From Candidatus Poribacteria bacterium (lineage in GTDB: Bacteria; Poribacteria; WGA-4E; WGA-3G): 64,000 bases of DNA. Below, in pieces: positions 40,401 to 49,417 of the stretch (positions are counted from its first letter, which is position 1; every line of letters starts with the position of its first letter). The notes under the pieces are model-generated. The model did not search any database. It was not told where the DNA came from and saw only the letters and a list, made by a program, of their open reading frames with translations. The stretch spans positions 128,001-192,000 of the forward strand of contig CAXXUA010000004.1 of NCBI GenBank assembly GCA_963663765.2, written 5' to 3'. Made by a program: the position numbers and the translations under genes.

Positions 40401-41148
40401 CAGTAATACTCCACTGGTAGATATTCCAACAAAGTTTTTTGAAGATATCACACCTTGAAAGTATGTCATTCATTTCTCCTTTTCTATTGTCAGAATAACA
40501 GTCTATGTCAATTACATACGATTTCTCATTAGTAAATTGTGTTTTCTTAAACTTTCCAGATACATTTGATAAAACATGAACCACATTGGATTTCATCTCA
40601 CCGTCGTTGAATTGTGATATTTTTCGTAATGTCTCAATGTCTGCTGCTATAGGGGTGTTTAATTCAGGGAAGATATACTTCGGGATATAAGTTTCAACTC
40701 CCTGTTTCGCGTGCGGGAGAGAGACCTTATTTGCTACATTTTTATGCCTGAGACCAATCCGAGGAAAATAAGAAGGTTCATAGATATTACTGAATATTTG
40801 CAAAACCGTTTCTAATTTTTCTCTAAAGTTTTCGTAATTTTTGTAGTTTCCGTGGCAAGTAAGAGCGAGAAAATTTTGAGCTAAAGATACTTCCCAGTCT
40901 TTTTCTTTAGAAAAGAAGCGAAATACTTTAGCTGTAGATACTTTCTTTTTTATTTCCTTAGGTATATCCGATGGTAAGAGAGGTATATCCGAAACAAGTT
41001 CGGGGTACCCCTCTTTCCTTACAATCTCCTGAAACTCAGAAGGTTCCTCTTGTGAAATTCTCATAATTTCAGGAAAACGTGCCTGAAATAGCACCTCAAA
41101 TAAGATATTATGTTTATATTCTACTCTTTCAAATTCTTCAAAATGCAT
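40363..41148 (-). CDS. TIGR04255 family protein
   Basis: EVLFQARFP, YKNYENFRE, RIGLRHKN, YVIDIDCY and WSITD motifs. Confidence 0.8.
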   Translation of the reverse strand: MHFEEFERVEYKHNILFEVLFQARFPEIMRISQEEPSEFQEIVRKEGYPELVSDIPLLPSDIPKEIKKKVSTAKVFRFFSKEKDWEVSLAQNFLALTCHGNYKNYENFREKLETVLQIFSNIYEPSYFPRIGLRHKNVANKVSLPHAKQGVETYIPKYIFPELNTPIAADIETLRKISQFNDGEMKSNVVHVLSNVSGKFKKTQFTNEKSYVIDIDCYSDNRKGEMNDILSRCDIFKKLCWNIYQWSITDVLRETLAESGA

Positions 41149-41369
41149 AAGTTGAGAACCTTGGCTGATTGTATGTCGGTAAAAAAAATCTTGCGAAATA
41201 TTTGCAGGTATAATTAAAAATGCCAATAATGATATTTTAGGACAGAACTTTAATGTTTGTACGCAAACTTGCTTGATTAATTTTGAAAAGAATTTTAGCA
41301 TACCACAGAAAAATTAACAACATAATTTTGAATGTCTGTCGTAATTCATTTCGTGTTTCTTCAGAAAAC

Positions 41370-41707
41370 TTATTCAAAGATTTGTGTCACAGGACACGAA
41401 AATCCTTCAACGACATCCTCACCGGTCAACGTGTCTTCGTAGTTTAGCAGCGTGATTTCTGTCTCTGAACGATAGACTGTTACCGTTTTTGCAATTGGTT
41501 CAATAACCCAAACAAGACGTGTCCCTGCCTTCAGATATGCAGACGTTTTCTCAATCACATCATAATGCTTGTCTGTTGGTGAAACGATCTCTATTGCAAG
41601 ATCAGGTGCATCGGAGAACCCTTTCAGTTTTTCTTCTGATAACCGATCTGTTGAAACGAACGCCACATCAGGCTTTACTACCCGGTCAATTAAATGAAAG
41701 GTTGTTT
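41370..41707 (-). pseudogene. 5'-truncated Uma2 family endonuclease
   Basis: Highly similar to the 3' two-thirds of 44325-44891; the N-terminus is missing. Confidence 0.8.
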
Positions 41708-41859
41708 CTAATATATACAATCGTACAATACCTTCGCCATTTTTGAGTGCTTCAGTTGAATGAGTATATAGTGTTGATCTACCATTGCTCTGTGATATTG
41801 TTAGGATTATATAAATAAAAATAACTTCAGGTTTTCGTTGAAGTATTTTTTTATCATAG

Positions 41860-42219
41860 CAGGATTATTTAGTTTTAAGAGTTTTCTGTTATTGAGATTT
41901 ACTGAAAGTTAATACCCAGGTTTGGTTTCCTATCCGAACTTTCTGTATCAGTTTTAGATTATTGAAAAATGAATATCACTCTTTAGTCCCGTAGGGACGA
42001 TATGTTTATAGAAAACGAATACCCTCCCCAGTTCTTTAGTCCCGTAGGGACGATATGTTTATTTTTCTATGTCGTTCCTACGGAACTCAAGAGGGATAGA
42101 TAACATGTTTCTATAAACATATCGTCCCTACGGGACTAAAGACATGGACAAGATGGCAACACATAAAATTAACGACATAGCAAAATATTATCAAAAATAT
42201 TGAAAACTGAATAACCCTA
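41860..42219. mobile_element. MITE-like element with 9-bp target-site duplication
   Basis: Inverted copy of 33866-34259; TTATCATAG at 41851-59 and 42220-28. Confidence 0.85.
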
Positions 42220-42284
42220 TTATCATAGTCTCTAATTTGACAATAGAAATGACTATCTCAGCAATCTGACAGAATAATTTATAT

Positions 42285-42655
42285 GCACAATCTGGCAGAA
42301 TGTGCTACAACTACCCGCATAATCTGGAAGAATGTGCTACAACTGCCCGCACAATCTGGAAGAATGTGCTACAACTGCCCGCACAATCTGGAAGAATGTG
42401 CTACAACTGCCCGCACAATCTGGAAGAATGTGCTACAACTACCCGCACAATCTGGAAGAATGTGCTACAACTGCCCGCACAATCTGGAAGAATGTGCTAC
42501 AACTACCCGCACAATCTGGAAGAATGTGCTACAACTGCCCGCACAATCTGGAAGAATGTGCTACAACTACCCGCACAATCTGGAAGAATGTGCTACAACT
42601 GCCCGCACAATCTGGAAGAATGTGCTACAACTACCCGCACAATCTGGAAGAATGT
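42285..42655 (-). repeat. 32-bp tandem GTAG-type REP, 11 full copies plus a partial
   Basis: Unit GCACAATCTGGAAGAATGTGCTACAACT(A/G)CCC; a lone copy occurs near 42745. Confidence 0.95.
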
Positions 42656-42807
42656 CTATTATTGGCGAAGGTATTGATCGTACTAATACCATTTCTATTA
42701 AATTTTCTCCCATTACCGACTGTTTAGAAATGAAGCGGTGAATGGCACAATCTGGCAGAATGTGCTACAATAAAGAGACATTATCAATTTGAAATGGTAT
42801 TATTTCT

Positions 42808-43305
42808 TCAGGAGAAATAGACATCAGTTTCAGTAAGCAATGTCCTATAGTGTACTTGGTTCAACAGCCCATCCATTTTTTTCAGCAAGTTCCGCAAGTG
42901 CAAGTTGTAACAATTTGAATACATTTCTTTGTTGTTTTTTGAACCAAAATATTCAGGATTTACAACAATTTTTGAATGGGCAGGATTGTCAGGTGTAGGA
43001 TCATAAGTTACATCTACTGCGTGGATAACAGCATCTCCATTATTTGTTTTTGTTTTCACTGATCCTATGGAACGTACATCCTCAGTAATTAATATAACGA
43101 TACCGTCTGTATAGCTTCTTTTTGACAAGGAGGGATTAAATTCCTTTAATTCCGCTCTATCTACAGAAGGTTTCCTTTCTCTATCACGAAAAGCTTCACT
43201 ACTAATATTGAGTTTTCTGTCTTCATAAGAGTACTCTTCACCATATTGACCACGGACGCTTCTATAGAGTACTTCATCATCCCGTACGAGTTCAATTTTA
43301 TTCAT
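42808..43305 (-). CDS. Paralog of the ART-like toxin, frameshifted near the C-terminus
   Basis: DDEVLYRS..SEAF..PSVDRAELK..DGIV..DNPAHSKI; the frame changes at an A6 tract (42940-35). Confidence 0.55.
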   Translation of the reverse strand: MNKIELVRDDEVLYRSVRGQYGEEYSYEDRKLNISSEAFRDRERKPSVDRAELKEFNPSLSKRSYTDGIVILITEDVRSIGSVKTKTNNGDAVIHAVDVTYDPTPDNPAHSKIVVNPEYFGSKNNKEMYSNCYNLHLRNLLKKMDGLLNQVHYRTLLTETDVYFS

Positions 43306-43729
43306 TAAACAACCATTTCCAAAGTATAATATAATCAGCAGGTTTTAGAAAATCTACATGCATTTCGGTATCAATATTTGTTCCCCATACCTGAATATAT
43401 TCAGCTTGTTTTTCTCCTATTTGAATATGTAACCTACGTTTATCTCCTGACCATTCTATAGTGACATTGCCATCTTCATCACAGGAGATAAACGGTGTAT
43501 GCCACGAATAACCCGCAGAAACGATTGCATCCAGATACTCTTTCATCAAATGTTTTGCATGTTCTAAGGTTAACTGTGATGGTTTTTTTGATTCGTAACC
43601 ATCCCAATTATTTTCCCGTTGTTCTAACACCTTAAATCGTTCCGAAATTTTATGACTTTCAGTTTCTCGAGTAATATATTTATAGAACTTATCTTTATAT
43701 TTTATGCTTTCAAAATCTACTATACTCAT
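43298..43729 (-). CDS. WDGY-motif protein, paralog of 39804-40400
   Basis: ENNWDGYESKKP..PFISCDEDGNVTIEW..LWKWLFNE. Confidence 0.65.
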   Translation of the reverse strand: MSIVDFESIKYKDKFYKYITRETESHKISERFKVLEQRENNWDGYESKKPSQLTLEHAKHLMKEYLDAIVSAGYSWHTPFISCDEDGNVTIEWSGDKRRLHIQIGEKQAEYIQVWGTNIDTEMHVDFLKPADYIILWKWLFNE

Positions 43730-43789
43730 TTGTTAATGTCCTCAATTGACTTTAGGTTTATAGTGACATATAGATTTAAAGGAACATTT

Positions 43790-44220
43790 GTAGCACAACT
43801 TGTTAGGTTGTGCAGAAACGGAACACATAGGTGTCAACTTAGCGATTCATATTATTGTAGGAGGGAAACCTTGAAACCACGATTTTCTCACTCAAGGTAG
43901 GCGTGCTTTGTAAGCGCGCCGTTGCCAATCCTGTGTTTATCGGCGCGCTTACAAAGCACGCCTACCGGGATGGGGTATTTAGCACTTGACTTTTTCTTAA
44001 TTGACATCTATAGGTTGTGCAGAAACGGAACACATAGGTGTCAACTTAAGAAGAAAGTGTTGGCATATTCTCTTGTGGGAGGGGTTTTCAACCCCGATTT
44101 AAGCGGAAATGCACTAAAAAATCGGGGTTGAAAACCCCTCCCACAAGAAGTTAAAAACCTTAAGTTGACATCTATAGGTTGTGCAGAAACGGAACACAAC
44201 CTAACAGGTTCTGCTACAGT
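43790..44220. repeat. Nested REP/MITE cluster
   Basis: ATAGGTGTCAACTTA...TAAGTTGACATCTAT elements and a long GTGGGAGGGGTTTTCAACCCCG hairpin pair also present at 61856-61930. Confidence 0.8.
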
Positions 44221-44324
44221 GTCTGCGGTAGTTTCGGTTTTCTGACCGAAACGATCCTAATGTCCAATTAATTCTAAAGTTTACTATATATGAACTTAAT
44301 TCATTTCCTGTTTCTTCAGAAAAC

Positions 44325-44891
44325 TTATTCAAACAGTTCGGCTACAGGACACGAAAATCCTTCAACGACATCCTCACCTGTCAATGTGTCTTCGTAGTTT
44401 AGCAGTGTGATGTCAGTTTCAGAACGGTAGACTGTTACCGTTTTTGCAATTGGTTCAATCACCCAAACAAGACGAGTTCCTGACTTCAGATAGGCTAACG
44501 CTTTCTCAGTCACATCATATTGTTTGTCAGTTGGTGAAACGATCTCTATTGCATGATCAGGTGCAACAGAGAACCCTTTAAATTTATCTTCAGATAGCCG
44601 TTCTGTTGATACAAAAGCAGCGTCTGGTTTTACTACTCGGTCCCCCAATTGAAATGTCGTCTCATTTGCAAACAAACGTCCTAAGTTGTTTTCCCGAATA
44701 TACGAACCTAATGGTAAAATAATGTTCATACCAACTTTTCCGTGTACAATTGCTGCAGCAGCCTTCGGTACTAATTCTCCTTTCACATATTCATATCCCT
44801 CAACATCATTCTCAAGAAAGTCTTCCATTGTCATACCAGCGTGCGTTGAAATCTCTTGAGCAGATTCTGAATTCGTTTGCGGATTAAGCAT
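44325..44891 (-). CDS. Uma2 family PD-(D/E)XK endonuclease
   Basis: YEYVKGELV, KPDAAFVS, APDHAIEIVSP and YLKSGTRLVWVIEP motifs. Confidence 0.93.
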   Translation of the reverse strand: MLNPQTNSESAQEISTHAGMTMEDFLENDVEGYEYVKGELVPKAAAAIVHGKVGMNIILPLGSYIRENNLGRLFANETTFQLGDRVVKPDAAFVSTERLSEDKFKGFSVAPDHAIEIVSPTDKQYDVTEKALAYLKSGTRLVWVIEPIAKTVTVYRSETDITLLNYEDTLTGEDVVEGFSCPVAELFE

Positions 44892-44947
44892 CAGATTCCT
44901 CCTTAAAGCAAGAAATGGAATGGTATCAATAGTGGAATTCCTAAAGG

Positions 44948-47623
44948 CTACTTATTCTGTTTTGAAAGAAGTTTTGCGACCTCGGTCCTACCGGCTTTTA
45001 CTTTTTCCTCATCTACCTTCAACTTTAACAATCCTGCTACAAACTCAGTCATTCCCCAGTCGATTTTGGTAACGCTCAAAGGTGTCATACCATCATCTTT
45101 CTTGAGGTTAATATCTGCTCCTTTCTCAATTAGTAGTTTTACTGTTTCAGTACGTCCAAGAAATGCTGCAGCATGCAGTGCTGTAGAACCGTCCTTATGT
45201 CGATTATTGATTTTTGCTCCTTTTTCAAGTAGCAATTTCGCTGCTTCTGTTTCACCGTTAAGAGCTGCCCAACCTAAGGGATCTATTCCATATTGTTGAT
45301 CAAGTTTACTCAGATCTGCTCCATTCTCTAATGCCTTTTTGATAGCGGATAGGTCGCCATCCGCAGCTGCTTTCCACAAATCATGAGATTGTGATGGATT
45401 GTTTTTTATATGATCAGAAAGAAGTTTAACAACCTTTTTTCTCTCTGCTTTAATTTCTGTTTCATCCACATCCAACTGCATTAGTCCAAGAATAAACTCC
45501 GTTATTCCCCAGTCAAGAGTTGCGCTGTCCATAGCACTTCCGCCATCATTGTTTCGTGCATTAGCATCAGCACCGTGCTTCAAAAGCAATTTCACAGCTT
45601 CAGCGCGCCCAAGGAATGCTGCAGCGTGCAATGGTGTATTCCCATCATGCTTCCGTACATTGACATCTGCGTTTTTTTCCAGTAAATAAGCAATTATATC
45701 TGTATGCCCCATCAACGAAGCGGTAAATATCAGTGGGTCACCGGACTCCGGATTACTTGCATTCACACTCAATCCATCTTTGATAGCCTTTTCGACTTTC
45801 TTTAGGTCACCGACAAACACTGCATCCCATACTTCCTTGTCAACAGCTTGTGTTTCTGTGGAAGGTATGGTTTTGAGAAGTTCTGCTATCACCTTTCTTC
45901 CTGCATCTACTTCCTCCTGTTTCAACCCTATATCAAACATACCTATCATGATTCTTAACATACCCCACGGAAGATATAACCCACTTGCGGGTTTAGCACC
46001 ACCACGATTCTTTGCATTTACATCCGCGCCGTTATCAATTAGAAGTTTGGTAAGTTCAACACGTCCTAAAGTAACAGCAACATGCAACGGAGTTCCTCCA
46101 TCCTCTTGTCGGACATTTACATTCGCACCGAGTTTGATAAGCAGTTCTGCAGCTTCTGCGTGTCCCATCATCGTAGCCCAGGTTAATGGAGATAAATTTG
46201 TATCAGGTGAAAGTTCATCAATCTTAGCGCCTTTGCTAAGGTAACGCTTGATACCATCAAGATCACCGAGTCGGGCAGCTCCCCACAAATTATCTTCCGG
46301 TAATTCTATAAACTGTTTCATAAACTTTCCATCAAAACCCTCGGGACCCATCACAATTGGAGGGTGTGGTCGTCTTCTCCAATCTGGCATTCCGTCACTA
46401 ATCTCTTCTAATACTTTTCCTTTGCGAGTTCTGATAAATTCGTGCACCTCATTTACCTTCTCATCAAAAGTAATTGTTTCTCCTCTACGTCTTCCCTCTT
46501 TTACTTCAATATTAAGTTGGGGGGGTATCATGTGCGGTTGAATCATCATAGAAATTCTTTCTAATTCAGTTGAGAGTTTGCCTTCGTTCCAATGATTTTC
46601 AAGGATATCCATCATCGTCTTTGCGTACCGTTCTTTTCCTTCATCAAGTTGATAAAGTCTATAAGCAATTAGACCTTGTGTTTTAACCGATATTGGCGCG
46701 CCGGTGTTTCTCCCCATATTCTTCATATCAAAGTTTGAGAACAACGCATCCGCACCCCAAGGCATGAAGTGAAACTTATCTGTTTCTGGATTCAGATAGA
46801 CAAAGAAATTATTGTTGTTCCCAGAATATCCATCCCAGAAACCGAGTAACCCTTCTGTTACCCAAAAACGGTAGAAACTATCCAAATCCACAAACTTGCC
46901 AATTGTCTTTTCACTTATTTCATCAGCCGACAACACATTAATTAATCCTTTTATTTTCTCTCTTCCCTGTTTATCATCACCCCTCTTGTGTTCAAAACTG
47001 TTCTCCCAATCCTTATAGAAATCCACCACTGAACCTTCATACAATGTACCGTTGTCATGACCAAAAGCGCGCTTGAGTATAGGTTTTCGCATAGACTCCA
47101 CATGCGAATATATTCCTAAGTTCTTACCATTCACCGTAACCTTCGCATAAGCACAACGTGGTGCAGGTGAACCAATTTTATTAAACAACGCATACCCCAA
47201 ATACTGACTGACATGCGCTGCATCCTGTTGATTGTTATTCAGTGTTAGGTTATTCAACCCTTCTATTCCGCCATTTTTGTCTACATGGTTCAGCTTGATT
47301 TTGAGCGAGGGTCGTGAGACACTCTGTGAACCGATAAAGCCTTTCTTACGGAGACCCACTTTTGGGAACTCCACGCCATCAATACTTACACTTGCATCAA
47401 CATAGGTATACGGATGCTCAGGTGGTGCAAATTGACGGGACTTGTTCAGCACATCCACAAAATTACGTGACTGAAACCGAATCTTGTTCCAATCCTGTTT
47501 AGAAACTGTAATCTGTATATCTAAAACCCGGTCATTTGGGAATATATCTTCCATAGTTAGTTCCTTTGCATCAATGCTTCCAACACAAAGAATTGTTACT
47601 AAACCTACTATCCATTTGATCAT
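44948..47623 (-). CDS. Secreted CotH kinase-family protein with ankyrin repeats
   Basis: Signal peptide; VGLRKKG..SLKIKL, WDGY..NNNNFFVY and MPWGAD motifs; several TPLH.AA..G ankyrin repeats. Confidence 0.9.
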   Translation of the reverse strand: MIKWIVGLVTILCVGSIDAKELTMEDIFPNDRVLDIQITVSKQDWNKIRFQSRNFVDVLNKSRQFAPPEHPYTYVDASVSIDGVEFPKVGLRKKGFIGSQSVSRPSLKIKLNHVDKNGGIEGLNNLTLNNNQQDAAHVSQYLGYALFNKIGSPAPRCAYAKVTVNGKNLGIYSHVESMRKPILKRAFGHDNGTLYEGSVVDFYKDWENSFEHKRGDDKQGREKIKGLINVLSADEISEKTIGKFVDLDSFYRFWVTEGLLGFWDGYSGNNNNFFVYLNPETDKFHFMPWGADALFSNFDMKNMGRNTGAPISVKTQGLIAYRLYQLDEGKERYAKTMMDILENHWNEGKLSTELERISMMIQPHMIPPQLNIEVKEGRRRGETITFDEKVNEVHEFIRTRKGKVLEEISDGMPDWRRRPHPPIVMGPEGFDGKFMKQFIELPEDNLWGAARLGDLDGIKRYLSKGAKIDELSPDTNLSPLTWATMMGHAEAAELLIKLGANVNVRQEDGGTPLHVAVTLGRVELTKLLIDNGADVNAKNRGGAKPASGLYLPWGMLRIMIGMFDIGLKQEEVDAGRKVIAELLKTIPSTETQAVDKEVWDAVFVGDLKKVEKAIKDGLSVNASNPESGDPLIFTASLMGHTDIIAYLLEKNADVNVRKHDGNTPLHAAAFLGRAEAVKLLLKHGADANARNNDGGSAMDSATLDWGITEFILGLMQLDVDETEIKAERKKVVKLLSDHIKNNPSQSHDLWKAAADGDLSAIKKALENGADLSKLDQQYGIDPLGWAALNGETEAAKLLLEKGAKINNRHKDGSTALHAAAFLGRTETVKLLIEKGADINLKKDDGMTPLSVTKIDWGMTEFVAGLLKLKVDEEKVKAGRTEVAKLLSKQNK

Positions 47624-47807
47624 CTTTTTCTCCTATTGATTTGTAATTTGATATTGCAAATAGTGTAGCATATTTTGTGATTTTATGCTTGTCAAATGAA
47701 ACAAAGTGCATATCAGGCGGTATTGAAACTTATGATCTTAGACCCTGATGTTCTCGTAAACCAGATGTATATCGTAACTATGAGGATACCTATGTTGAAA
47801 TTACTGG

Positions 47808-48662
47808 TCAAAAAGGTATAAAGTGTTGATCGTCCCTGTCAAACGTTTGGAATTGATTGCCTCTAATTTTATCTACTTGTGCACTTAATTCTCTCCATCT
47901 ATCACCGTATTTATCCATGAATTCATTATACTCGTCATAATTCTTAAGCTTCTCGTGTTTTTCTCCATCTTGTTTTGTATGGCAACCAATACAAAGTGCA
48001 ATTAAGTCTTCAAGTCTGTTATATCGTGTTCCTCTGGTATGATGGGCATGGAGAAAACGCCGATCATATCGTTCAGTACCGAGGACAATGGTGCACTGTT
48101 GACATTCCCAATTTGCGTTTTTGCGACAAACCCAAGAGAGAAATTTCCATGCTGCAATATAATAATTTCCTTCGAATTTTATTCTATCTATTGGAAGTGG
48201 TTCATATCCATCTTCAATGGCATCAAACCAATCTGATAACGGAAATTCATTAGGTTTAAATACGTTCCTTAATTCTAGCTTTTCCAAGCAAAATTGACAT
48301 ATACTCAAGTTAAGCAGTTCTGATTCAGGATGATTTGGACGATTAACGGAAAACTGTCCATTCTTTGGTTTAGCACTAACATAACGAGAATATTTACCTT
48401 TTCCATGCATCTCTTGTATCCACTTACAATTGACTATATGATACTTATTCCAATCATTTTCACCAATCCAATCTCGGATATAAAGTACTACGTGCTGGCG
48501 TTTGTATAAGAGTGTTCCATCAGAACCAACTATCACTTCATCTGGTCTATCTAAAGTTATTCCTTCAATCAATTCCTTCTTTATGTCTGGGATATATTGT
48601 GCTCCCATCAGTTCACGCAATTTATTCAGTCCATTGTGATTTTTAAAGTCTGGTAAATTCAC
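47808..48662 (-). CDS. zorE: Zorya type II HNH effector
   Basis: KYHIVNC, CQFC and CQQC..LHAHH..N..LIALCIGCH motifs; coupled to zorB. Confidence 0.8.
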   Translation of the reverse strand: MNLPDFKNHNGLNKLRELMGAQYIPDIKKELIEGITLDRPDEVIVGSDGTLLYKRQHVVLYIRDWIGENDWNKYHIVNCKWIQEMHGKGKYSRYVSAKPKNGQFSVNRPNHPESELLNLSICQFCLEKLELRNVFKPNEFPLSDWFDAIEDGYEPLPIDRIKFEGNYYIAAWKFLSWVCRKNANWECQQCTIVLGTERYDRRFLHAHHTRGTRYNRLEDLIALCIGCHTKQDGEKHEKLKNYDEYNEFMDKYGDRWRELSAQVDKIRGNQFQTFDRDDQHFIPF

Positions 48663-49417
48663 TTGATTACCTCTGTGCTACCAAATTCTTTGAGGAGTTC
48701 TTGAATTTCGTCAATTAGTTTTTCTGATTTTGTTACGACTCTAAACTCAACACGACGAGATTCTTCTCTGTTTTGTTCTCCATCTGAATCAAAGATTAAT
48801 TTGCTTGAAGACAAACCATTGGCTGTCAGAAATTTCTTAATCCATTCTTTACTGTCAATTATGGTAGGATGTCTAATTTCAAGGACATACTGAAGAACAT
48901 TTCTTGCACGATCCTGTGACAACTCCATATTATTATAGTAAGCTTCATCTATACCAACTCTATCAAACCATTCACTTGATGTATGACCTTCAATTCGGAT
49001 TTCAGCAATACTCATTCTGTACTCAGGTTTTGTAAGAATTGCAATATATCGTGGGAAAAAATTTCGTAATACGTTTCTAAACTCATAAGGAACTCTTGCA
49101 TCCCCTTGTGAAAAAGGTTTTTTAAAACGTATTGATAGAGATTCAGCGTTTAATTTACCTTTCCAAATTGTTCTAAATTGTCGTTCCTTCATTGGGGTGC
49201 CCTCAAATTCAACCTGCAATTTTTTTGAAAGATCTTCTTGTAGATTTCTGTAAGCACCCAAAAGATTTTCAATCTGATCTGTTGTACGGTTGCTATGCAC
49301 CATATAACTGATAGCAATAAAAAGAAATATTACCATTAAACCTGCCATAACATCAGATATAGATACCCAATGTTCTTCAGTTTCTTTTTCGCGTAATCCA
49401 AACAGATTTTCTAACAT
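48659..49417 (-). CDS. zorB: Zorya ZorB (MotB/OmpA-like)
   Basis: WVSISDVMAGLMVIFLFI, IRIEGHTS, NMELSQDRA and SRRVEF motifs. Confidence 0.9.
   Translation of the reverse strand: MLENLFGLREKETEEHWVSISDVMAGLMVIFLFIAISYMVHSNRTTDQIENLLGAYRNLQEDLSKKLQVEFEGTPMKERQFRTIWKGKLNAESLSIRFKKPFSQGDARVPYEFRNVLRNFFPRYIAILTKPEYRMSIAEIRIEGHTSSEWFDRVGIDEAYYNNMELSQDRARNVLQYVLEIRHPTIIDSKEWIKKFLTANGLSSSKLIFDSDGEQNREESRRVEFRVVTKSEKLIDEIQELLKEFGSTEVIK

Noticed and set aside
42283-42741. Three overlapping repeat proteins
   Set aside because: They are artefacts of a 32-bp tandem repeat, open in all frames.
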